Positions 24,811 through 33,581 of a stretch of DNA of 48,596 bases are shown piece by piece. The stretch's first letter is position 1. Each line of letters starts with the position of its first letter. The position numbers were made by a program, and so were the translations under genes. Where the stretch lies: assembly GCA_964355335.1 (NCBI GenBank), contig CAYHDB010000003.1:1-48596 (forward strand). The letters run 5' to 3'. The notes below the pieces were generated by a model. It saw only the letters and a program-made list of their open reading frames with translations, was not told the origin of the DNA and searched no databases. The DNA comes from an uncultured Candidatus Saccharibacteria bacterium. GTDB lineage: Bacteria; Patescibacteriota; Minisyncoccia; Phycocordibacterales; SIBU01.

Positions 24811-24843
24811 AAACAAAAGCCCTCACTTTGAGGGCTTTTGTTT
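24811..24843. terminator. 15-bp-stem hairpin with A/T flanks
   Basis: AAACAAAAGCCCTCA-CTT-TGAGGGCTTTTGTTT. Confidence 0.6.
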
Positions 24844-25057
24844 AGTATCTAGGAGTTGCGCGTGATTTTATAGATGCCAAAAAGAAACCCTCAATTGTAT
24901 GCAGGTCTTCTTAGTGGTCTTAGTTGTAAATACGTATCCGCGCATCTGTATTTCCACTATACCACTGGCTGGAAAGCGTGCAAGAGGGGGTGTGGATTAG
25001 CCTATGTTTGACATGCTGTCGGGTCTTTTATAAAGTTTGTACGGACTTGATAATATT

Positions 25058-25255
25058 ATGGAACACGAAGTCAAAAAGTCAGGTATTGCTTCTCAGAAAC
25101 AGCAATTTGGCGGGGTTCTCGCAGGGAGTCAGAGGAATGCAAAACGCATCATTGTGGCGTTGCCACATCCTGACCCAGGCAAAACCACCTCACCGGGCTA
25201 TCTCACATCGATTAAACTTCGCAGGTCTGGAAGACTCGGGATCGCTAAGCCATAA
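25058..25255 (+). CDS. Small hypothetical protein
   Basis: 65-aa ORF downstream of TTGACA-N17-TAAAGT (25008-25036). Confidence 0.45.
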   Translation: MEHEVKKSGIASQKQQFGGVLAGSQRNAKRIIVALPHPDPGKTTSPGYLTSIKLRRSGRLGIAKP

Positions 25256-25316
25256 CAGGATATTTGTCCTGTTTTTTATTTTTCATAAATCGCATTTAAT
25301 ATAGTAAAATAAGTGT

Positions 25317-25859
25317 ATGGGGAAAAACGAGGTGGCGGTTTTTGGCGGGGGATGTTTTTGGTGCACCGAGGCGGTGTTTAAAATGCTGAAAGGTGTGGGT
25401 AGTGTTTTGCCCGGATATGCGGGAGGTACGACCAAAAATCCGACATATGAGCAGGTAAGTAGTGGTAGTACCGGGCATGCAGAGGTGATTCGTATTGAGT
25501 ATGATCCGAAGCAGGTTGAATACAAAGATTTACTGACTGTTTTTTTCAGTAGCCATGATTCGACAACGTTGAACAGACAAGGTAATGATGCTGGCACCCA
25601 ATATCGTTCGGTGATTTTTTACACAACACAGGGGCAGAAAAAAGTGGCGGAGGATTTTATTAAAGAAATCAATGCGTCAAATGAGCACGGCGCTCCTGTG
25701 GTGACCGAACTTGCTCAACTCGACACGTTTTATGAAGCGGAAAATTATCACCGCGATTATTTTGCTACGCATCCGGATAACCCTTATTGCGAAGTAATAA
25801 TTAATCCGAAATTAGAAAAAGTGCAGAAAGAATTTGCCGATTTATTAGAAAAGAGGTAA
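25317..25859 (+). CDS. msrA: Peptide-methionine (S)-S-oxide reductase
   Basis: GGGCFWCTE, GHAEV, QYRS, AENYH and PYC. Confidence 0.96.
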   Translation: MGKNEVAVFGGGCFWCTEAVFKMLKGVGSVLPGYAGGTTKNPTYEQVSSGSTGHAEVIRIEYDPKQVEYKDLLTVFFSSHDSTTLNRQGNDAGTQYRSVIFYTTQGQKKVAEDFIKEINASNEHGAPVVTELAQLDTFYEAENYHRDYFATHPDNPYCEVIINPKLEKVQKEFADLLEKR

Positions 25860-25868
25860 TTCTTAATT

Positions 25869-25990
25869 CTCCCTTTGTAAAAGGTCGTAGTCTGTGGAGA
25901 AACGTCGGCGAGAGTACCCGAGTCTGCGAGGGGGGAGGGATTTTGAAATCCTCCGTCTCGAGGACTTGCCACCTCCTTTTATAAAGGAGG
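25869..25990. repeat. CTCCCTTT-NN-AAAGGG-type palindrome doublet with a nested 45-nt insert (25885-25929)
   Basis: First hairpin interrupted by TCGTAGTCT...AGTCTGCGA. Related uninterrupted doublet at 43146-43237. Confidence 0.55.
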
Positions 25991-25991
25991 A

Positions 25992-26426
25992 ATGAAGAAA
26001 AATATGAATAAAACAATGTCCAAAACTGAAGAAGAATGGAAGAAAAAGCTGACTCCAGAGCAGTATGCTGTTTTACGTGGGAAGGAAACCGAGGCGTCAT
26101 TTAGCGGTAAGCTTTTACATGAGAAAAAGCAGGGTACTTACAATTGTGTTGCCTGCGGTCAGGCATTGTTTAATTCCGATGCTAAGTTTGATTCCGGTAC
26201 CGGCTGGCCGTCGTTTGACGAAGCTATTTCCGGTTCTGTGAAGGAAGTTAAGGATAATTCAGGGGGAATGGTTCGTACTGAAATTGTTTGCGCAAACTGT
26301 GGGTCTCACTTAGGCCACGTTTTCAACGACCTGCCTACCGGCAGGCAGGCGGTCCTACGACAAGACGGTAAGCCAGCCAAAAGAAGGTATTGCCTCAATT
26401 CTGTTTGTTTGGATCTGAAATCATAA
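25992..26426 (+). CDS. msrB: Peptide-methionine (R)-S-oxide reductase carrying a palindromic insertion
   Basis: CVACG, KFDSGTGWPSF, RTEIVCANCGSHLGHVF and RYCLNS. Confidence 0.95.
   Translation: MKKNMNKTMSKTEEEWKKKLTPEQYAVLRGKETEASFSGKLLHEKKQGTYNCVACGQALFNSDAKFDSGTGWPSFDEAISGSVKEVKDNSGGMVRTEIVCANCGSHLGHVFNDLPTGRQAVLRQDGKPAKRRYCLNSVCLDLKS
26330..26349. repeat. 20-nt palindrome CCTGCCT-ACCGGC-AGGCAGG inserted in msrB
   Basis: Perfect 7-bp stem, encoding LPTGRQA at the position of the usual DGP motif. Confidence 0.8.
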
Positions 26427-26571
26427 ATAATGCTCTTGCGGGTTTTTGTGACGGGTATACAATAAATACCATTAGATACTTGATGGTGTGATTGGTCGTA
26501 TAAATTGCACTCTATTATTTGTTTTCCGGCTCTACCGGAAAGCGTTTAGTCGTATTTATTGCATAAATTAA

Positions 26572-26826
26572 ATGAAAAAAATATTTGTTGTAGCGGTGGT
26601 TATTATTTTGATATTTTTGGGATGGAATTATTTTAAAGGAGACACATCGGAGGTGCTAAATAGCATTAAGGGAGGAAATGAAAAAGGTGCCGTGGAAACG
26701 CCGGCATTTGGAGGAGAAGTATATAGTAAGTCCGGCACGGAGAATCCGATTGAAAAAGTCCCTGAGTCAAACCCTTTTACCAAACAGATCAATCCCTTTT
26801 CGGAAGCTAAGGTTAATCCCTTTTAA
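26572..26826 (+). CDS. Small membrane-anchored/secreted protein
   Basis: Signal-like N-terminus and a C-terminal NPF x3. Confidence 0.7.
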   Translation: MKKIFVVAVVIILIFLGWNYFKGDTSEVLNSIKGGNEKGAVETPAFGGEVYSKSGTENPIEKVPESNPFTKQINPFSEAKVNPF

Positions 26827-26835
26827 CTAACTTCT

Positions 26836-28935
26836 ATGAATACTATATTTCACAAAAAGTTATTTTCTGAAACATTGCTCGGCGTTCTGATTATAGGGTT
26901 TTCTGTATTTGTCAGTCTCACCATTGTTGTGAACGCTCAATCTTCTTTGGGAAAATGGCAGTCATTTATAAAATCCGGCAAGACCTTCAGCGTTTTGTTC
27001 GACGTTTCAAAGTTTGATGATTCCGGTTGGAAAGGAGCTTCTGACCCTATGGGAACTTTGATGGCAGGAAAAAAGTACAGTGTCCGTTATGACTCCGGAA
27101 GTTCAAATTGGACGGTGACTGGTTGGAACGAGGCTGCCAATGGTTCGATAACTGTGGCGTACAAGACTCAGAAGCCGGAGGATTTTAAGCTCAATATGTG
27201 GGGAAGAGTCTACACTTTCGCAAATGACGGTACGGTGATTGACCCGCAATACGGATTGGTAGGACATTTGCTCGGTTTGGAAGAAGAAAAGAATCGTTTT
27301 CCCGTGGTGGAATTGGGAAATTGTAAAAGTGAGGCGGAATGTAAAAAGTTTTGTGATGACTCGCAAAATACGATCGCATGTGTAGGCTATGCGGAGAAGA
27401 ATGGCTTGATATCGAAAGAACAGGCGGAAAAAGCTCGAGAGTTCCAGGATGTTTTGAAAGGTGAGGGTCCTGGAGGGTGTAAGGACCAGAAATCCTGTGA
27501 GAATTATTGTAACGATATTTCAAAAGGTGCCGAGTGTATTTCTTTCGCAAAAAAGCACAATTTAATTCCTGCCGATCAGTTGGCTGACGCGGAAAGAATA
27601 GCGAAGGCTTTGGGTGAAGGCGCAAAATTGCCTGGTGGGTGTAAAGACAAGAAGTCTTGCGAGAATTATTGCGCTGATCCAAGTAAGGGTGAGGAGTGCT
27701 TGAGTTTTGCAGAAAAGGCGGGATTTGTTTCCAAAGAGGATGCCGTACAAGCGAGAAAAGTCTTACCACTTATTGCCAAAGGTGAATCTCCAGGAAAGTG
27801 TAAGACAAAGCAAGAGTGTGAATCGTACTGTGCTGTAGAGGGAAATATGGTGGAGTGTGCCAATTTCGCCGAGAAGGCAGGATTTATGTCCAAAGAAGAA
27901 GCGGAAATGGTCCGAAAGACCGGAGGTAAGGGTCCCGGAGGATGTCGCTCGAAAGAGACTTGCGAGTCGTATTGTAACGAAGTGGCAAATCAAGCCGTAT
28001 GTTTGGATTTTGCGCAGAAGCACAATTTGATTCCTGAAGAAAAATTAAAAGAAATTAAGGAGGGAATGGGAAGGTTGCGTGGAGGAATCAAGCAAATACC
28101 AGCTTCAGGAATTAATTGTCTGAAAAGTGAACTTGGAGATGATATTGTAAACAAAATTGAGGATGGTAGTTTTATGCCAACGCAAAAAATGGGAGAGCAA
28201 ATCAGAACCTGTATGGCAAAAATGATGCCGGAGATTAAAGAGAAAATAAACGAGGGATTGAAAATGGCAGGACCGGAAACTACTGCGTGTCTCAAGAGTA
28301 AACTTGGTGAAGACGGGATGGCCAAGGTGCTTGCCGGGGAGATTGATAAGCCGGAGACAGGAGATGTTTTGAAAACCTGTTTTGAGGCGATGAAGACCGA
28401 GGGGTTGAAGAAAATGCGCGATGGTTTGAAGAAAATGCCACCGGAGGCCAGGAAATGTATTGAGGATAAGCTTGGTGCCGGTCTTGTGAGTAAGGTAGAA
28501 GCGGGAGAGGATGTAGATATTGGACCTGAAACAGGAAAGGCATTCCAGGAATGTGCATCGGCAATCGCTAAATCTTTTGAGGGTCAGCTACAGAAAGCTC
28601 CTCCTGAAATCCAATCCTGTATTAAGGATAAGGTAGGTGATTTTTCGAAGTTGACCGGACCGGAAGCGGTACAGGGAGCTGTCGAAGAGTGTATGAAGAA
28701 TTTTAAACCTCAGGGTATGCCGGACAACATTCCGGGTGATGATTATCGACCCGAGGGGGTACCTGAAGGAGGCGCGCCCGCAGGTGTCCCCGAAGGAAAG
28801 AAGGCCCCGACTGCTGAAGAAAAAGAGGCGATAATGATGAAGCAGGCTTGCCCGAATTTGGCTATGGCACCGTCCTGTGATTATGTTCCGGAAAATATGA
28901 GAGAGTTGTGTAGAAAGTGTAAGGCAGGCAATTAA
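26836..28935 (+). CDS. Large exported Cys-rich repeat protein (GPGGC repeats)
   Basis: Signal/TM, five C-x5-C-x3-C units, four C(L/I)xxxLG helical units and a Cys-rich C-terminus. Confidence 0.85.
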   Translation: MNTIFHKKLFSETLLGVLIIGFSVFVSLTIVVNAQSSLGKWQSFIKSGKTFSVLFDVSKFDDSGWKGASDPMGTLMAGKKYSVRYDSGSSNWTVTGWNEAANGSITVAYKTQKPEDFKLNMWGRVYTFANDGTVIDPQYGLVGHLLGLEEEKNRFPVVELGNCKSEAECKKFCDDSQNTIACVGYAEKNGLISKEQAEKAREFQDVLKGEGPGGCKDQKSCENYCNDISKGAECISFAKKHNLIPADQLADAERIAKALGEGAKLPGGCKDKKSCENYCADPSKGEECLSFAEKAGFVSKEDAVQARKVLPLIAKGESPGKCKTKQECESYCAVEGNMVECANFAEKAGFMSKEEAEMVRKTGGKGPGGCRSKETCESYCNEVANQAVCLDFAQKHNLIPEEKLKEIKEGMGRLRGGIKQIPASGINCLKSELGDDIVNKIEDGSFMPTQKMGEQIRTCMAKMMPEIKEKINEGLKMAGPETTACLKSKLGEDGMAKVLAGEIDKPETGDVLKTCFEAMKTEGLKKMRDGLKKMPPEARKCIEDKLGAGLVSKVEAGEDVDIGPETGKAFQECASAIAKSFEGQLQKAPPEIQSCIKDKVGDFSKLTGPEAVQGAVEECMKNFKPQGMPDNIPGDDYRPEGVPEGGAPAGVPEGKKAPTAEEKEAIMMKQACPNLAMAPSCDYVPENMRELCRKCKAGN

Positions 28936-28965
28936 TTCAACTATGAATTACGAAACTACTCTCTT

Positions 28966-29112
28966 CCTCCCCTCCGTTTCCAAGGTGTACAGCTTCCGTA
29001 GGAAGGGATTGAGCTCATGTTTTTCCCCTTCCATCCTTTCGAAGGAGGGATTGAGGGTGGTTATGACTTAATCTTAACCCCCTCTTTTATTCTCCCCCTT
29101 CGAAAGGGGGAG
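28966..29112. repeat. Tandem copies of the 1553-type palindrome plus a CTCCCCCTT-CG-AAAGGGGGAG hairpin
   Basis: First copy interrupted by TGTACAGCTTCCGTA(GG). Second copy ends GGAGGGGATTGAGGGTGGTT. Confidence 0.65.
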
Positions 29113-29142
29113 AGGGGATGATTTTGGTAGTATAATTGCAAT

Positions 29143-29991
29143 ATGAGATTCTATTTTGTTCCGTTGCTTGCGGTTATCTTTTTTGCCTGTGCATCAAATG
29201 TAAATGCAGTCGATTCCGGTGTGTCTGTGTATCCCGGGAAAAATATCCAAGGTGAGCCGATTTTAGTTTCAGTGGAGGGTGTCGCATCAGTGAAGAGTAT
29301 TTCCTTTGACGGTAAGAAAGCTGGGGTTTTTAATTTCAAAAATAAACCTTCCGCATTTTTTGGCATTGATTTAAACAGAAAGCCGGGTGATTACAGGGTT
29401 GTAGTGACATTGCTCGATGGTTCTAAATTGGAAAAAATTGTTACGGTAGGTAAACGTGAAAAGGTAGAGGCTCCTTTGGGAATCCCAGAAAAGCTGGGAG
29501 GCAATACTCCGAAGGCGGCGGGTGTGTTGGTCAGTACGCTTTCACAGGAAAATCAGAAAATATATTCCGTCAAAAGTATTTCTAAGCAATTATGGTCAGC
29601 AGATTTTAAATTTCCGGTTGTAACTCCTGTTGTCACAGACCCGTACGGTTATTCCCGTCAAACTGTCGGATATTCGATTACCCACAAAGGTACCGATTTT
29701 AGGGCAGGCGAAGGTACTCCCGTCACATCAATGAATAGGGGGATTGTGAGATTTGCAAAGATACTTACTGTTTATGGAAAAACAGTGATTGTCGATCATG
29801 GTTTTGGACTGCATACGGTCTATATGCATTTATCGAAAATAAAAGTAAATGAAGGCGAACTTGTGAAGCTGGGACAATCAATAGGATTTAGCGGTTCCAC
29901 TGGCTATGCCGAGAGCCCGCATCTTCACGTGAGTGTTTGGATTGATAAGGTGTCTGTGGACCCGATGAAGTTTATGGCCCTATTCAATTAG
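29143..29991 (+). CDS. M23 family metallopeptidase (peptidoglycan hydrolase-type)
   Basis: Signal peptide, HKGTDF, YMHL and PHLH. Confidence 0.9.
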   Translation: MRFYFVPLLAVIFFACASNVNAVDSGVSVYPGKNIQGEPILVSVEGVASVKSISFDGKKAGVFNFKNKPSAFFGIDLNRKPGDYRVVVTLLDGSKLEKIVTVGKREKVEAPLGIPEKLGGNTPKAAGVLVSTLSQENQKIYSVKSISKQLWSADFKFPVVTPVVTDPYGYSRQTVGYSITHKGTDFRAGEGTPVTSMNRGIVRFAKILTVYGKTVIVDHGFGLHTVYMHLSKIKVNEGELVKLGQSIGFSGSTGYAESPHLHVSVWIDKVSVDPMKFMALFN

Positions 29992-30113
29992 ATCACAAAG
30001 GAAGTTATCCACCAGTGCTCTCCACGGATGGGTGTATGTATTGTATAATAATTAGGAGCATTAAACGGCTCGGTCGCATTTTTTATAAGAGCGAATTTAT
30101 TTAAGAATTTAAA

Positions 30114-30218
30114 TGTTTGGATGCAGTTCGAGGCGCGAGCGAGGCTTGCGACCAAGCTGTAGTTAGATGCTACTGCGCGGGAGCAAACGAGCGAGGCAAC
30201 GAAGAAATGCGCCAAACA
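30114..30218. mobile_element. ~105-bp MITE-like element
   Basis: GC-rich block in an AT-rich intergenic region with terminal inverted repeats TGTTTGG(AT)GCA/TGCGCCAAACA. Confidence 0.45.
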
Positions 30219-30235
30219 GGAAATTCTATAATTAT

Positions 30236-30454
30236 ATGAAAGGATTACACATGGTCACATTCATCCTTCTTGTAGTCGGAGGATTGAACTGGGGTCTTAC
30301 GGCTGTTGGATACAACGTCGTCGAGATGCTTTTAGGTAGTTGGCCGGCAGTTGTGCAGGTTGTATATATTCTTGTCGGTTTGTCGGCAATCGTCGAGATT
30401 GCAACCCACAAGTCTGTCTGCAAGGAATGTACGACTGGTGGTTCAACGATGTAG
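30236..30454 (+). CDS. DUF378 family small membrane protein
   Basis: ILLVVGGLNWGL...VYILVGLSA. ATG at 30236. Confidence 0.85.
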   Translation: MKGLHMVTFILLVVGGLNWGLTAVGYNVVEMLLGSWPAVVQVVYILVGLSAIVEIATHKSVCKECTTGGSTM

Positions 30455-30461
30455 TTTGAAT

Positions 30462-30496
30462 AAAAACAAAACACCCGACAAGGGTGTTTTGTTTTT
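30462..30496 (+). terminator. Intrinsic terminator
   Basis: AAAAACAAAACACCC-GACAA-GGGTGTTTTGTTTTT. Confidence 0.8.
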
Positions 30497-30519
30497 TTGT
30501 ATAAGTTACAATACGTAGT

Positions 30520-30969
30520 ATGAAAACTAAAATTAAAAAATCTTGCGTATTTTGCGAACTTCCGCAGATTAAAGAAAGAGCTGTCGCTAGGAACAAGTTG
30601 GCATTTGCGTTTCTGACCAACATACCTATTACCCCAGGACATATTCTTATTTCTCCAGTTCGCTGTGTGGAAACTTTTGATGGAATGACTGAAAAAGAAG
30701 TGAAAGCGGTTTTAGCTTTACGTGACAAACTAATTCCCGTTTTGAAAAAAGTATTTGTAGCCGAAGGTTTTCACTTTGCTTGGAACGAGGGAAAAGTGGC
30801 GTGTCAGAATGTTCCGCATTTTCATTTACATATGGTGCCCAGAAAAAAAGGTGATGAAGGGATTACTGAAGCAGAACCAAGAAAATTTTTGTATAGACCT
30901 GGAAGCAGGGAAGACAGTCCCGAGGATGAACTTCAGGCGGTTGCGCGGATGATTGCGAATGCTTTATGA
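30520..30969 (+). CDS. HIT family nucleotide hydrolase
   Basis: CVFC, PITPGHILI and HFHLHMVPR. Confidence 0.92.
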   Translation: MKTKIKKSCVFCELPQIKERAVARNKLAFAFLTNIPITPGHILISPVRCVETFDGMTEKEVKAVLALRDKLIPVLKKVFVAEGFHFAWNEGKVACQNVPHFHLHMVPRKKGDEGITEAEPRKFLYRPGSREDSPEDELQAVARMIANAL

Positions 30970-30974
30970 AAAAA

Positions 30975-30998
30975 ACCACTCGAACGAAGTTGAGTGGT
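30975..30998. terminator. Hairpin between convergent HIT and pyrC
   Basis: ACCACTC..AAC-GAA-GTT-GAGTGGT. Confidence 0.55.
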
Positions 30999-31002
30999 GT
31001 GT

Positions 31003-32199
31003 CTAATTAGTGAGCAGAAGTTCCGGATTGAGAGCGGCGGGTTCGACGGGTCTCCATGAAAGCTTCCGGCCACCGAAAAATGAGAGGACGTTGCCATAAC
31101 TGTCGGGCACAGTCCAGTCTCCTTTCACCAGTTCAAATGTGTCTTCCGGATTAACCTCGATTCCGAATGCTCGCGCGCCGTTTTCTACCGTGAACGCGTA
31201 GAATGCCGGGGTATCGAGCTTCCCATTTTGATCATACAAGTCGACTGTCATTGGTCCAAGAGTCGGTGAGACAAAGGCACCGGGACAACCACAAATACAA
31301 AGCTTGTCTTCTTCTCTGTGGGGCGCGGAATCAGGACCCTTGTGGAATTTTCGGTATGCCGATCTGTGCGCCTTAAACATCACGTAACGAACCGCGTGCA
31401 TGTCCCTACTTTTTTGCGCGGGAGGACGGAAATGATTGATGGGGTTGAGACCCGTTTTCCCGTCGCATGTTTTCCATTCGAGTAGGTCGTTGCGCGTGAT
31501 CATTGCGTGCTGAATGGCCAATCCACCGGTTACGTTTGCGGGCATCTCACCGACGATATCAATCGTTCGTTCACACGAGATGTGTTCCAGGTTGAACCTT
31601 CCACCAGGGAAGTCCCTGTAAACAAGTCGTTTGAAACGGAGACGAACGAAACAGTTTTCTCGATCATAAGTGTCGATGTGGTTACCCGTTTCCTCACCGT
31701 GGCTACACACAATAAACCCTATTTCCAGAGCCCACTGTATAGGCCGGTACATGTCTTTTTTGAAGGAGCTCCAACCTTCCTTTGAGTGAGTAATTCCTGC
31801 CGGATAGATTTTTACTGTCCGGACGCCAATGTCCCACGCAGCTTGGAGTACTTCTTTTGTGGTGTTCGGCATGAGCTTCAAGCTCACACTGTGTCGCATT
31901 TTTTTGCCGTTGTAAATTGGCGTGAATTTTTCAAGCCACTGACGATAGGCGAGTACATCGTTTGCAACAAGAATTGCTCCCGGCACTTGCGTGTTCGGTT
32001 GCCAGATCTCGTGTTGCGCCCACCAGCTCGTTGTTCTAACTGCCAGTTTCATCCTCGAGATTGGTTTTTCTCGTTCCTCAACTTTACCTTTCGGAATGTC
32101 GCGGGCGTGTCCGTGAGTCAGGCAGAACTTGATGAATGTTTTTCGTGTACCGGCCAGAACTTTGGACTTTTCATTCGGTAGAACTTCATAATTTTCCAT
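31003..32199 (-). CDS. pyrC: Dihydroorotase (E. coli-like type II)
   Basis: HGHARD, VKIYPAG, HGE, EHIS and DSAPH. Confidence 0.85.
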   Translation of the reverse strand: MENYEVLPNEKSKVLAGTRKTFIKFCLTHGHARDIPKGKVEEREKPISRMKLAVRTTSWWAQHEIWQPNTQVPGAILVANDVLAYRQWLEKFTPIYNGKKMRHSVSLKLMPNTTKEVLQAAWDIGVRTVKIYPAGITHSKEGWSSFKKDMYRPIQWALEIGFIVCSHGEETGNHIDTYDRENCFVRLRFKRLVYRDFPGGRFNLEHISCERTIDIVGEMPANVTGGLAIQHAMITRNDLLEWKTCDGKTGLNPINHFRPPAQKSRDMHAVRYVMFKAHRSAYRKFHKGPDSAPHREEDKLCICGCPGAFVSPTLGPMTVDLYDQNGKLDTPAFYAFTVENGARAFGIEVNPEDTFELVKGDWTVPDSYGNVLSFFGGRKLSWRPVEPAALNPELLLTN

Positions 32200-32273
32200 A
32201 TGTGAGCCTTTTTGTTTTTTTGTCGGTGTTCAATTTTTTAACACTTTCCCCATACTAACTTTTGAAAAAGAAA

Positions 32274-32297
32274 AAGCAAGCCTGTGAAAGCTTGCTT
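32274..32297 (-). terminator. Intrinsic terminator after pyrD
   Basis: AAGCAAGC/GCTTGCTT stem with a T-run on the minus strand. Confidence 0.6.
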
Positions 32298-32310
32298 GGT
32301 TGCTTAAAAA

Positions 32311-33420
32311 TCAATTGCGGTTAACCTCCGGGCGCCAGTCACTTACGGACTTCATCCCGTCTCGTTCCATGTGATCCAGGAGTTTGACATTGATGTTTCG
32401 CGCAGTCATCGGTCCTTCATACACAAAGCCCGTGTAGATTTGGACGAGGGATGCTCCGGCAAGAATCGCTTTGTGAGCATCATCTCCACAGAAGATTCCA
32501 CCGACTCCGATGATGGGAAGTGAAGGCCACTGTTTGTGAATGTGCTTGATAACCTCGAGTGTGCGAGTGAAGAGAGGTCTTCCGCTTCGTCCACCTTGTT
32601 CTTCCATCACCTTTCCGGTTGTCTTGAAACCGTCATTTTTGACCGTGGTGTTGGTCGCCACGATACCTTTTATGCCAGTTTCTTTGATATCCGCGAGGAC
32701 GTCATCAATCTGCTCGAAAGTCAGGTCCGGTGCAATCTTGACCAAAACTGGTTTCGGATCTTCTCTTGGCTTCCTCGGCATCTTGAGATTCTGGTTTTGG
32801 ATTGCCCGAAGCAGATTTCGGAGCGATCCCTTTTCTTGTAGACCGCGAAGTCCCTGTGTATTGGGTGAACTGACATTGACCACGAAGAAGTCAGCGAACG
32901 GATGAAGTAGGCGAAGTGTGTAGCAGTAATCGCTGGCCACTTCATCTGCGTCATTCACATCGACAATCTTCGATTTTCCGATGTTCACTCCGAGAGGAAC
33001 GCTGGGTGGTTTTTCGGATTCAAGATGATACGCAGTCTCTTCCGCGCCCGGGTTATTGAACCCCATACGGTTTATCAGACCTTCATCCAAAGGCACACGG
33101 AATACTCGGGGTTTGTCGTTACCGCTTTGTTTCAGTGCCGTGATGCCACCCATTTCAAGGAAGCCGAGGCCCAACGCTCCAAACACTGGAAGCGCGACTC
33201 CTCCCTTGTCCATTCCCGCTGCCAATCCGACAGGATTGGGAAAGGTAAGACCGAACAGTTGTTGGCTGAGCCTCTTGTCGTGAACTGTGCATACCGCTTT
33301 GATTGCGGATTTGAGAAACGGTATCTTTCCTGCGCGTCTCATTGCCGAAAGGACACGGTCGTGAATCTCTTCCGGATCGTGCCGGAAAAGCCGAGGACGA
33401 ATCCATTTTTTATAGAACAT
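32311..33420 (-). CDS. pyrD: Quinone-dependent (class 2) dihydroorotate dehydrogenase
   Basis: DPEEIH, NPVGLAAGMDK, INRMGFNN, NVSSPNT, KIAPD and QIYTGFVYEGP. AGGAG precedes the ATG at 33420. Confidence 0.93.
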   Translation of the reverse strand: MFYKKWIRPRLFRHDPEEIHDRVLSAMRRAGKIPFLKSAIKAVCTVHDKRLSQQLFGLTFPNPVGLAAGMDKGGVALPVFGALGLGFLEMGGITALKQSGNDKPRVFRVPLDEGLINRMGFNNPGAEETAYHLESEKPPSVPLGVNIGKSKIVDVNDADEVASDYCYTLRLLHPFADFFVVNVSSPNTQGLRGLQEKGSLRNLLRAIQNQNLKMPRKPREDPKPVLVKIAPDLTFEQIDDVLADIKETGIKGIVATNTTVKNDGFKTTGKVMEEQGGRSGRPLFTRTLEVIKHIHKQWPSLPIIGVGGIFCGDDAHKAILAGASLVQIYTGFVYEGPMTARNINVKLLDHMERDGMKSVSDWRPEVNRN

Positions 33421-33581
33421 TAGGTGCTCCTGTGGGTTGAGGTTGACTGCTTTTTGATTTATGTCGAATCTAGACAAATCCTAGTCATAAATGAAAAAAA
33501 AGCAACTGTGCGAATTTCACATAGTCATTTAGTCAATTTGGGGGTTGTGAAGATTTTGAAAAAAGGTTAACCTTATCCACT

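Noticed and set aside
24978-25304. 108-aa ORF
   Set aside because: It starts at GTG upstream of and across a good promoter and has an unnatural composition. The 25058 ORF fits the promoter better.
31507-33423. Several plus-strand ORFs of 75-132 aa opposite pyrC/pyrD, and similar antisense ORFs elsewhere
   Set aside because: They are antisense shadows of well-supported genes, with no motifs or start signals.
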